A stretch of DNA of 64,000 nucleotides from Candidatus Woesearchaeota archaeon (GTDB lineage: Archaea; Nanobdellota; Nanobdellia; Woesearchaeales; GW2011-AR15), in assembly GCA_038874655.1 (NCBI GenBank), contig JAVZBY010000003.1, forward strand, positions 125,200 to 189,199. The letters run 5' to 3'. The notes under the pieces were generated by a model that saw only the letters and a program-made list of their open reading frames with translations, ran no database searches and was not told the origin of the DNA. Position 1 is the first letter of the stretch. Every line of letters begins with the position of its first letter. The position numbers and the translations under genes were made by a program. This document shows, one piece after another, positions 8,946 to 17,883 of the stretch.

Positions 8946-10157
8946 TTATTTTTCTATTAAATGCCTTTTAACAAAAGTTTCCAATTTATTATATCCTTTT
9001 TCTAATGCTTCTTCTGATGCTGCAAAAACAACTCTAAAATGATTTGTGTTTTCTTTTTGTCCAAATCCAGAACCATGAACAAATAAAACATGTTCTTCTT
9101 TTAATAAATTTAAAACAAATTCTTTATCATCTTTAAAATCAAAATTAGTCAAATCAATTTTAGGAAAAGCATAAAAAGCTGCTCTTGGTTTAACCAAACT
9201 AATGTAAGGAATTTCATTCAACCTTTTGTAAGTTAAATCTCTTCTTTTTCTTAACTTTGTAATCATATCATTTAAATGCTTTTGACTTCCTTCCAAAGCA
9301 GGTTTTACTGCATATTGCATTGGATGACTTATTGACAACCTTGCTCTTGCTAATTGATTAAATGCTTCTTGAAATTTACTTCTTTTCTCAATATAACCAG
9401 AAAAAATTGTCCAGCCTACACGCCAGCCAGGGCATAAATAATTTTTTGACAAAGTATTAAAAGTTAATACAGGGATTTCATCTGTTAAAGAACCAACAGA
9501 ATAAAATTTATCATCATCTAAAAGAATTTTATCATATGTTTCATCTGAAAAAATTGGCAAATCATTCTCTGCTGCTAAATCTACAATCTCTTTAAGTTGT
9601 TTTTTGCTATAAATTGCTCCTGTAGGGTTATTAGGATTAATCAATACAATTGCTTTAGTTTTTTCATTAATTTTTCTTCTCATATCTTCAATATCTGGTA
9701 GCCAATTATTATCTTCATCTAACTCATATTCGTTTTCAATACCATCAAAATAATTAATAACTGCATTATACAAAGGATATCCTGGTTTTGGTGTTAAAAC
9801 ATTATCTCCTGGATTTAATAATGCACCTAATGCCATAGTTATTCCTTCTGAGCCACCAGAAGTTAAGACAACATCATTATAATCTACATTAAGACCATTT
9901 CTTTTTGCCTCATTTGCAATTGCTTCTCTTGCTTCTTTTAATCCTAATGAATCTGCATAACTAGAACTCTTTTTCCAATTTTTTTCTACTGCTTCAATTA
10001 AATGCTTAGGTGTTTCAAAATCATATTTTAATGGATCGCCAATATTCAAATAAATAATTTTTTTACCTTGACCTTCTAATCTTTGCGCTTCAACTGCAAC
10101 ATCTCTTATAGCATATTGAATTTTCTCAGTCCTTTTTGCAGGAATTATTTCTTTCAT
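8946..10157 (-). CDS. PLP-dependent aminotransferase class I/II (alanine aminotransferase-like)
   Basis: YLNIGDP, INPNNPTG, SDETYD, TLSKNYLCPGWRVGW (PLP lysine). Confidence 0.93.
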   Translation of the reverse strand: MKEIIPAKRTEKIQYAIRDVAVEAQRLEGQGKKIIYLNIGDPLKYDFETPKHLIEAVEKNWKKSSSYADSLGLKEAREAIANEAKRNGLNVDYNDVVLTSGGSEGITMALGALLNPGDNVLTPKPGYPLYNAVINYFDGIENEYELDEDNNWLPDIEDMRRKINEKTKAIVLINPNNPTGAIYSKKQLKEIVDLAAENDLPIFSDETYDKILLDDDKFYSVGSLTDEIPVLTFNTLSKNYLCPGWRVGWTIFSGYIEKRSKFQEAFNQLARARLSISHPMQYAVKPALEGSQKHLNDMITKLRKRRDLTYKRLNEIPYISLVKPRAAFYAFPKIDLTNFDFKDDKEFVLNLLKEEHVLFVHGSGFGQKENTNHFRVVFAASEEALEKGYNKLETFVKRHLIEK

Positions 10158-10304
10158 TACAAAAACAAATAAATATTTACTTAATAAAGATAATGTTATT
10201 ATGAAAGAACAATAATAAAAAAATCACAACCTTAAATAAATATTATATCAAAAAGATATACAAAAAAATAAAAATTAAAAAAAATGATAACTTAAAAAAA
10301 ATAA

Positions 10305-10458
10305 TGGGCCCGCCCAGACTCGAATCCCCCAAACAATACCAGTTTCAATAAAGTGAATTCATCGAAGATGAATTCGCTCATCCAGATTAAACCTGATAAG
10401 GTTTACTGGGGACCTTTGCCGTGTGAAGGCAATGTCATAGCCACTAGACCACGAGCCC
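10305..10458 (-). tRNA. tRNA-Val(CAC) with an 81-nt intron at position 53/54 in the T-arm (10325-10405)
   Basis: GGGCTCG/CGGGCCC acceptor stem and TTGCC-TTCACAC-GGCAA anticodon arm. T-arm CCCAG|TTCGAGT-CTGGG is interrupted; BHB-like CCCC-AG|T ... GGGG-GA|T. Confidence 0.9.
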
Positions 10459-10543
10459 ATCAAAAATAAAAAAAAATAACAAACTTAAAAAATTTATTTA
10501 TATTAATAAAAAACTATAAAAATTAAATTTGAAGATAAATTAT

Positions 10544-11122
10544 CTATTTCAAAAAAGGCAAATAAAAATAAATCATAGAAATTAAATAAAAAACAATAAT
10601 AGCAAGAAAAAAATTAATCACATGAAAAGGAGTTTTTTCAAAATCCAAATCTGCTCTTGCAATCTTAAAACCATATTTTAATAGATAGTTTAAACATAAT
10701 AAAGTAAAAGCAACATAAAAAAAATTATTATTAAAAAAACTAATGCCTCTAAATATAGTAGATAAATAAAATATAGGTAAATGTCTTATTGCTTTTGTCA
10801 AATGCCTTAATTCTAAACAACTTAATATTGCTCTATTTATAATCCCTAAACAAAAAATTATTAATCCATAAACAAAACCATAGTAATATGATGCTGTTAA
10901 TCCAAAGACAAAAACAAAATCAACAGGAATATAAGGAAAAAACTGTTTAAAAATAACTTTAAAAAAATCCAACAACTCAAAAATCAATATTATAATTAAA
11001 GGTTTAAAATTGGAAAATATAACTAAAAGTATTATAAATAAAACTATTTTAGATATTAATGAAAAATAAACATTCAAAGAATATTGCTTTTTACATGTTC
11101 TTTTACGAAATGTTTTCATCAT
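10544..11122 (-). CDS. Hypothetical multi-pass membrane protein
   Basis: About 6 hydrophobic segments; weak resemblance to 25287..25850. Confidence 0.65.
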   Translation of the reverse strand: MMKTFRKRTCKKQYSLNVYFSLISKIVLFIILLVIFSNFKPLIIILIFELLDFFKVIFKQFFPYIPVDFVFVFGLTASYYYGFVYGLIIFCLGIINRAILSCLELRHLTKAIRHLPIFYLSTIFRGISFFNNNFFYVAFTLLCLNYLLKYGFKIARADLDFEKTPFHVINFFLAIIVFYLISMIYFYLPFLK

Positions 11123-11255
11123 ATAATATTTAATAGAATCTTTTATAAAAATTTATCTACCTAAAAAGCTTTAAAAAAATATGAAACAAATAAAAACCAA
11201 TAAATACTAAAAATTTCAATAAAAATTTATAAATTAAATAATTATTTTATAAAAT

Positions 11256-11843
11256 ATGAATGATGAAAATACAAAAAAAATTTTTGAAAATTTAAGAAAT
11301 GAAATTGAAAAAATTGATTCTGCCAGAGAAGAAATAATAATAAAATCAAGACCTATTATCAAAGAATCTAAACAAGCTATTTACCTTTTACATAAAAATA
11401 ATACAAAAGAAGCAAAAAAATCTATAGATAATGCAAAAAAAGAATTAGAAAAATTAAAAAAATTAATTCTTGAAACTCCTACTGTTGATGTTGGTTCTTA
11501 TAATAGCGCATTACAAGAATACACAGAAGCAATAACTTATTATTATTTTGTTGTTGAAAATAGATTAATCTCTAATAAAGAGATAGAAGTTGATGCCGAA
11601 AACTATTTACTTGGCTTATGTGATTTAACAGGAGAACTGACAAGAAGAGCTGTCTTTTCAGTTGTAAATGAAGATTTCAGCGAAGTAAAGAAAATCTCAA
11701 CATTTTTAGAAATTATACATAACGAATTTCTAGATTTTGAATTAAGAAATGGTGAAATCAGAAGAAAATCTGATTCAATAAAATGGAATCTTAAAAAAGT
11801 TGAAGAAATATTATATGATTTAAAAATAAGAGGAAAAATATAA
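11256..11843 (+). CDS. Translin/TRAX family protein
   Basis: REEIIIKSR...SKQAIYLLH...ALQEYTEA...YLLGLCDLTGELTRRAV...RRKSD. Confidence 0.9.
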   Translation: MNDENTKKIFENLRNEIEKIDSAREEIIIKSRPIIKESKQAIYLLHKNNTKEAKKSIDNAKKELEKLKKLILETPTVDVGSYNSALQEYTEAITYYYFVVENRLISNKEIEVDAENYLLGLCDLTGELTRRAVFSVVNEDFSEVKKISTFLEIIHNEFLDFELRNGEIRRKSDSIKWNLKKVEEILYDLKIRGKI

Positions 11844-11904
11844 AATATCAAGAAGAAAACAAAAATAAAAAAAATCAAAAATATAAATAATAAAAGGTAT
11901 AAAA

Positions 11905-12399
11905 ATGGAATTAAACAAAGCTATTGAATTATTAAACAACTCTGAAATATATAAAAAATGGAAAAAAGAAAATCCTAAGTATTATTTAAGCCATGCTTTT
12001 ATAATGATTGATCCGCAAGTAAAACTAGAATGGCAAATAGGCTATTGCAATCCAGAAAATAATAAAATAATAACTTTCGCTATTTCTGATGATGAAAAGA
12101 TAACAGAAAACCCTGAGTCAGAAAGTTTATACAATAAAGAAATTTTAAAATTAGATATAAACAAAGTAAAAATAAATTTAGATAATGCATTAGAAAAAGC
12201 AGAACAAAAACAAAAAGAAAAATATAAAGAACATTTTCCATTTAAAAAAATTGTTTTATTGCAAAATTTAGAAATTGGACAAGTTTGGAATATTACTTAT
12301 GTAACAAGAACATTTAAAACATTAAACATAAAAATTGATTCTGAAACCGGAGAAATTATTTCTGATGAACTAATTGATTTATTCAAAATTGAGAGATAA
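11905..12399 (+). CDS. Hypothetical protein with PepSY-like C-terminus
   Basis: INLDNALEKA...VWNIT...IKIDSETGEII. Confidence 0.6.
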   Translation: MELNKAIELLNNSEIYKKWKKENPKYYLSHAFIMIDPQVKLEWQIGYCNPENNKIITFAISDDEKITENPESESLYNKEILKLDINKVKINLDNALEKAEQKQKEKYKEHFPFKKIVLLQNLEIGQVWNITYVTRTFKTLNIKIDSETGEIISDELIDLFKIER

Positions 12400-12529
12400 G
12401 AAAAAAATTTATTATAATTATTAAAAAATCAAAAACAAAATAAAAATAGTATTTATAAAAATTTCTAATCTAAAAAATATATTTTTTATTTTAATAGAAT
12501 TTATAAACAAAAGAATTAATTAATCATTC

Positions 12530-12958
12530 ATGGTTGAAGTTAAAATTGTTAGATTAGACAAATCTTTAACAATGCCTTTCTATGCACATGAAGGTGATGC
12601 AGGAATTGATTTAAGAAGCTCTGTTGATGAGATTATAAAACCAAATGAAACAAAAACAATCCCCACAGGAATAAAAATGGCTATTCCTGAAAACTATGTT
12701 GGCTTAATATGGGATAAGTCTGGTTATGCTTCTAAAAATTCAATTAAAACAATGGCAGGTGTTGTTGACTCTGGCTACAGAGGAGAAATTAAAGTTGTCT
12801 TAATAAATTTAGGAAAAGAAGATTTTATCATAAAAAAAGACATGAAAATAGCCCAAATGTTAATACAGCCAGTTGTTAAAGCTAAATTAATGGAAGTTGA
12901 CTCTCTTGAAGAAACAAAAAGAAACGATGCTGGATTTGGAAGCACTGGAAAATTTTGA
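12530..12958 (+). CDS. dut: dUTP diphosphatase (trimeric dUTPase)
   Basis: GDAGIDL, KSG, GVVDSGYRGEI, KIAQML and RNDAGFGSTG motifs. Confidence 0.97.
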   Translation: MVEVKIVRLDKSLTMPFYAHEGDAGIDLRSSVDEIIKPNETKTIPTGIKMAIPENYVGLIWDKSGYASKNSIKTMAGVVDSGYRGEIKVVLINLGKEDFIIKKDMKIAQMLIQPVVKAKLMEVDSLEETKRNDAGFGSTGKF

Positions 12959-13042
12959 TTAAACAAACAAAAAAACACCAAATTAAAAATAATATAAACA
13001 TAATAAAATTAAAAATAACAAAAAGCAAAAGAGGTCGTAAAA

Positions 13043-13132
13043 ATGACAATACAAAAGAAAAAAATAAGTTATGACGCAATGATAAAAAGCAAACCATTGG
13101 ATTCCTTTATAACAGAAGAAAAAGAAGAGTAA
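13043..13132 (+). CDS. Putative 29-aa microprotein
   Basis: GAGGT ribosome-binding site at 13031-13035, ATG at 13043: MTIQKKKISYDAMIKSKPLDSFITEEKEE*. Confidence 0.35.
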   Translation: MTIQKKKISYDAMIKSKPLDSFITEEKEE

Positions 13133-13183
13133 AAATAAATTAATTTATAACAAAGATTATATAAATTATATAAAGATATAAGC

Positions 13184-13876
13184 TTAATAATTTATTTTTT
13201 CTAAAAAACTTAATGCAGATTTTTTAACATCTTCAAAAACCTGTTCAATTTTTCTATTACCATCTATTTTAACATATGGCACTAAATTTCTTTTAAAAAT
13301 TTCCTCATAACCTTTTAATACTCTATTGTGGAATTCTAAATTCATAGATTCAAATTTATCTCCTTTTTTATCATTTGCTCTCTTCACTGCTATTTCTGGT
13401 GGCACATCTAAATAAATAACTAATCCTGGCATTACTGAAACAGCTACTTTGTTTATTAAAAGCACATTTTCAAAACCCAAATTTCTGCCATAACCTTGAA
13501 AAGCTAAGCTAGATAAAAAACTTCTATCTGAAATTACAATCTTGCCTTGATTAAGATTAGGTAAAACAACATTTCTTAATGTTTGTGCTCTTGATGCGGC
13601 ATACAAATATGCTTCTGTATAAGGATTCATTTCTTCATTAAAACTAGTTCCTTGTGCTATTTTCCTTATTGAATCTGCAACCTCACTGCCACCTGGCTCT
13701 TTTGTTAATAAAACACTATTAGGATATTTCTCATTAAGAAAACTAAAAAGCAATCTTGCTTGTGTTGATTTGCCACACCCAACAATACCTTCAAAAACAA
13801 TATAGGGATAAATTTTATTTTCCACAAAAGGAAAAAAACCTTCTATAGTATTTAAAATTAATGTATCCAAATCCAT
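13184..13876 (-). CDS. tmk: Thymidylate kinase
   Basis: FEGIVGCGKSTQ P-loop, KEPGG, LYAASRAQ, VISDRSFLSSLAFQG. Confidence 0.96.
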   Translation of the reverse strand: MDLDTLILNTIEGFFPFVENKIYPYIVFEGIVGCGKSTQARLLFSFLNEKYPNSVLLTKEPGGSEVADSIRKIAQGTSFNEEMNPYTEAYLYAASRAQTLRNVVLPNLNQGKIVISDRSFLSSLAFQGYGRNLGFENVLLINKVAVSVMPGLVIYLDVPPEIAVKRANDKKGDKFESMNLEFHNRVLKGYEEIFKRNLVPYVKIDGNRKIEQVFEDVKKSALSFLEKINY

Positions 13877-13906
13877 TTTTAAGACACCAAAAAAATGAGA
13901 GGAAAG

Positions 13907-13979
13907 GGCGACCGGGGAGAATCGAACTCCCTCCTAAGGCTCCACAGGCCTCCACGCTAACCATTACGCTACGGTCGCC
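13907..13979 (-). tRNA. tRNA-His(GTG), no intron, genomic G-1
   Basis: G-GCGACCG/CGGTCGC-C acceptor, GAGGC-CTGTGGA-GCCTT anticodon arm, TTCGATT T-loop. Confidence 0.95.
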
Positions 13980-14114
13980 ATAATTAATGCTAACAATAAA
14001 ACATATTTTTTATTTAATGAAGTTTTTGTTTATTTAAATAATTTTAGATACTAAACTTTTTAGAATGAAATTTAAAAAAATCTAAATTAAAAATCAAAAA
14101 GTTTATATAGGATT

Positions 14115-14711
14115 ATGTATACTATTATCTATATGTCTGATTACACATCACCTTTTAGAACAGGAATTGCTTTTTTAGATAGATTAGGTGTTTACGAAGT
14201 TTTATTGCCTTTCCTCTTAATTTTCACATTAGTTTATGCCATTTTAGAAAAATCAAAAGTTTTTGGTGTTGAGCATGTTGGTGAACATACATATTCTAAA
14301 AAAAATTTAAATGCTATGTTTGCATTTGTAACTGCATTCTTAGTTGTCGCAAGCTCAAGATTAGTTGCCACTATTAATGAAGCTGTTGCAAATATGACCA
14401 TTTTAATGCTATTAGGTGTTTGCTTTTTATTATTACTGGGTGTATTTCATACTGGTGATAAAGAATTAGAATTATCCCAAACTTACAAAACAATCTTTAC
14501 TGTTATAAGCTTTATTGGAATTATAATAATATTTTTACATGCTTTAAAAACAAATGATGGAACACCTTGGCTTTATTATGGTTGGAATTTTTTAGTAACT
14601 AATCTAGACACAGGAGCTGTAGGTGCTGTTATATTAACAATAGCAGTTGTAGTTTTAATGGGCTATATTACAAGTGACCAAAAATCTAAAGTAGAAGAGA
14701 AAAAAGATTAA
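14115..14711 (+). CDS. Conserved membrane protein, paralog 1 of a tandem triplet
   Basis: DRLGVYEVLLPFLLIFTLVYAILEKS...NLNAMFAFV; multi-TM. Confidence 0.8.
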   Translation: MYTIIYMSDYTSPFRTGIAFLDRLGVYEVLLPFLLIFTLVYAILEKSKVFGVEHVGEHTYSKKNLNAMFAFVTAFLVVASSRLVATINEAVANMTILMLLGVCFLLLLGVFHTGDKELELSQTYKTIFTVISFIGIIIIFLHALKTNDGTPWLYYGWNFLVTNLDTGAVGAVILTIAVVVLMGYITSDQKSKVEEKKD

Positions 14712-14752
14712 ATATAATAAAAATATAATATAAAAAATAAATAGGTGAAAAA

Positions 14753-15340
14753 ATGCAAACATTTACAGATTGGATACTAATTTTAGATAGAATGGGTGTT
14801 TTAGATATACTTCTTCCATTTTTATTAATTTTCACAATAGCATTTGCAGTTTTACAAAAAAGCATGATTTTAGGCCCAAACTCTAAAAAATTCAATACAA
14901 TTGTTGCTTTTGTTATAGGTATGGCATCTGTAATGCCACATATTGTTGGTAGAGGCCCTGATGTTGTGCCTATTATTAATAGTGCTTTGCCTAATGTTTC
15001 TGTTTTAATGATTGCTTCTATGATGGTTTTATTAATGATAGGTGTATTTGGTAATAATGTTAATGTTGCAGGCACACCCTTAGTAGGAATTGTTGTTTTA
15101 TTCTCTGCAATAAGTGTTGGCTATACCTTTATAGCTGCTGCTGGCGGCTTGCCAATGATTCCTTTTTTAAATGATCCTGAAACATTGCAATTATTAGTTG
15201 CTATTTTAGTATTTGGAATAATAGTATGGTTTATAACAAAAGAAGAAAATGTTCCACAACACAAAAAAACATTTAAGGAACACTTAAATGATTGGTTTGG
15301 CGGAATGTATGGTGGTGGAAGCCAAGGAGGTCATCATTAA
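14753..15340 (+). CDS. Conserved membrane protein, paralog 2 of a tandem triplet
   Basis: DRMGVLDILLPFLLIFTIAFAVLQKS...KFNTIVAFV; GGTGA ribosome-binding site. Confidence 0.85.
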   Translation: MQTFTDWILILDRMGVLDILLPFLLIFTIAFAVLQKSMILGPNSKKFNTIVAFVIGMASVMPHIVGRGPDVVPIINSALPNVSVLMIASMMVLLMIGVFGNNVNVAGTPLVGIVVLFSAISVGYTFIAAAGGLPMIPFLNDPETLQLLVAILVFGIIVWFITKEENVPQHKKTFKEHLNDWFGGMYGGGSQGGHH

Positions 15341-15900
15341 TGGCATCCTTATTAGATATATCATTATTGAATTATTTTTCAAATGTATTTGTTATTCTAT
15401 TTGTTTTTGCAGCAACTTATGCTGTATTAATGTTTAAAAACCCATTTCAAATATCAGAAGAAAAAAAATACATTAATTCTGTAATTGCAATTACATTAGC
15501 ATTAATGATGATATTCTCTCAAGACGCAATTGAAATTATAAAAAACACAATTCCTTGGTATATTATTATGCTTATTTCATTGTTATTTGTAATTATAATT
15601 GCCAGTGCATTTAATACCTCAATTCCAAGTTCATTATCAAGCTCAATGGGCACCTATATTTTAGTAATCGCTATAATAATCTTATTAATTAATGTTGCCA
15701 ACAAAATAGGACAACAAGCAGGGCCTTATTTATCAGGAAACGCTAATCCTGATGTTGTTGTTCCAAATGGAGAAGGAGATGTTGCCTCAAATAGCTTTAC
15801 TCAAAACTTTGGCGCTACTCTATTTCATCCAAAAGTTTTAGCAATGATTTTAGTTTTAATTATTTCTTTATTTGCTGTTCTTTGGATAGGATATAAATAA
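15340..15900 (+). CDS. Conserved membrane protein, paralog 3 of a tandem triplet
   Basis: ATG overlaps the previous stop (TAATG) with GGAGGT upstream; FVILFVFAATYAVL...YINSVIAI. Confidence 0.8.
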   Translation: MASLLDISLLNYFSNVFVILFVFAATYAVLMFKNPFQISEEKKYINSVIAITLALMMIFSQDAIEIIKNTIPWYIIMLISLLFVIIIASAFNTSIPSSLSSSMGTYILVIAIIILLINVANKIGQQAGPYLSGNANPDVVVPNGEGDVASNSFTQNFGATLFHPKVLAMILVLIISLFAVLWIGYK

Positions 15901-15936
15901 AAAAATCAAACAAAAGAAAAATTAAAAAAATTTAAT

Positions 15937-17685
15937 TTAAACTTTATCAAAATAGCTTGGTAATGTGGTTGATCCTAAAAAATTAACAATTACTCCTCCA
16001 TAAGCACAATGATTTAAATTAGTATTAGGAACATAAATACCTTTTATCTTTATTTTATTATGTTCTATTTTATATAAACTTTTTTTATTAATATTACCCT
16101 CTTTAATAGTATAAGGAAGAACAAAACAAGAATCTCCACTACTACAATAGGATACAACAGAAATTAAAAGTGTTTTTTCCTCTGCTATACACAAATTTCC
16201 TGGTTCATAAGGTATGCTTAAAAGATAATCCTCTCCTTCTGCTTTTCCACCTACACATCTAGAATCACAATATCCGTCATTTTTTTCTAGGTTATCATTT
16301 TCAATATATCTACATTCACAAAATCCCTCTCTAATAGGCATACAAACATTACTTGAACCGCAATATTCACCATACTTTTTATTACTACACATTTTTATAG
16401 AATCTATTTCTCCTGATAAAATTTTTATTGTTTCAGGATCATAAGCTAAATTTTTTGAAACATCTTCTATTAAATTTGAATCTAGACATAATCTATTTTC
16501 AAAATTATAATAAGGATTATAATATCTCCCATTCTCTACACATTTATCATGAATACTTTTTAACATTTCATCACACTTTATAAATTCTTTATTAATATCA
16601 TTATTTTCATAATATCCATAAATCACATTATTCCTCTTATCAAAGTATTTTGGTTCATTTTTAGCTAAGAGAGTAGTATAAACTTTATTATTATCTAAAT
16701 AATAACTAATTGCCCAATTATCTTTATCATTATCACATAAACAATTACCTTCACTTTCACATAACTCATTAAAATAATACATTGGTTTAAATAACAAATC
16801 TGATTTTATTATTTTTAAAGTATTACAATCTGTCAACGGAGATTTATAAGAAAAACCATCAATATTTGCAATAAGTCTTCCATTTTTATATTCAGTTTTT
16901 AAACCACGCCATAAATTCTTTTCTGAATCCCAAGTTGCAATTCTATAATTATTTATAGGCAAAGGTAAAGTTGTTTCATCAACATCATAAGAAAAAATAA
17001 CTGGTTTTGAAAAAACAACTCCATCTGGCAATCCTTCATAGACTATATTACTATGTACTACCTTATTTTCAAATCCATTAAAGTTAGTATCATGAATCTT
17101 TATAGAAATTTTATCTACAGGATTTCCATTTTTATCTAGAATTTTTGTTCCTTTTGAAAACAACAAATCAACTTTACCATCTATAGATTTAATTACAATA
17201 TCTCTATCGGTTATACCATTAGGTATTCTAACGAAATTAGTTTTATCTATATTAACTATAAACTCTCTAAACTCTATTTTTTGATTTTCTTTTTTTAACT
17301 CAACAAAATAATTAACATCTAAAGTAATTGTTTCTTCATTTAATTGTACATTTATTTGTAAATCACCTTCTTGAACTTGATAATTTTTCTTTTCTACCTC
17401 TGAAAAAAGTTGTTCTGTGCATAATTTTGTTTTTTGCTTAACTTGATTTTTAAATAATTCTATATTATTTTCATCAATACCTGTTTTTTCTATTTCTGTT
17501 TTTGCTGCATCAGCAATACATAATTTAATCATTTCTTTAATATTACTTTCATAACTAAACTCAAAATAATTGCTCTTTGAAAAACCTAAATTTGTATTTT
17601 TATATAACATTAAAATTAAAAATAGTAAAACAATAATTCCAACAATAAAAAAAATAGTAATCTGTGTTTTTTTGAGTTTAATCAT
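15937..17685 (-). CDS. Large surface protein with a pilin-like N-terminus, a ZU5-like segment and a Cys-rich C-terminus
   Basis: KKTQITIFFIVGIIVLL resembles a class III signal; YEGLPDGVVFSKPVIFSYD...IATWD is ZU5-like. Confidence 0.6.
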   Translation of the reverse strand: MIKLKKTQITIFFIVGIIVLLFLILMLYKNTNLGFSKSNYFEFSYESNIKEMIKLCIADAAKTEIEKTGIDENNIELFKNQVKQKTKLCTEQLFSEVEKKNYQVQEGDLQINVQLNEETITLDVNYFVELKKENQKIEFREFIVNIDKTNFVRIPNGITDRDIVIKSIDGKVDLLFSKGTKILDKNGNPVDKISIKIHDTNFNGFENKVVHSNIVYEGLPDGVVFSKPVIFSYDVDETTLPLPINNYRIATWDSEKNLWRGLKTEYKNGRLIANIDGFSYKSPLTDCNTLKIIKSDLLFKPMYYFNELCESEGNCLCDNDKDNWAISYYLDNNKVYTTLLAKNEPKYFDKRNNVIYGYYENNDINKEFIKCDEMLKSIHDKCVENGRYYNPYYNFENRLCLDSNLIEDVSKNLAYDPETIKILSGEIDSIKMCSNKKYGEYCGSSNVCMPIREGFCECRYIENDNLEKNDGYCDSRCVGGKAEGEDYLLSIPYEPGNLCIAEEKTLLISVVSYCSSGDSCFVLPYTIKEGNINKKSLYKIEHNKIKIKGIYVPNTNLNHCAYGGVIVNFLGSTTLPSYFDKV

Positions 17686-17883
17686 AAAAATTAATTGTCA
17701 TAATTAGTATATAAATTTAATGCTCTAAAATTAATAATTGATATTATTAATATGTTTAAATAAAATATAAAAACTATTTAACTAAAAATAAATCAAAGAA
17801 AAGAAAATAAAAAAATTTAAAAAAGGTATAACTATTATTTTTTTATGATTTTAATCATTTAAAAATTTAAAAAATTTATTAAA

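Noticed and set aside
13979-13979. Genomically encoded G-1 of tRNA-His
   Set aside because: Common in archaea; not novel.
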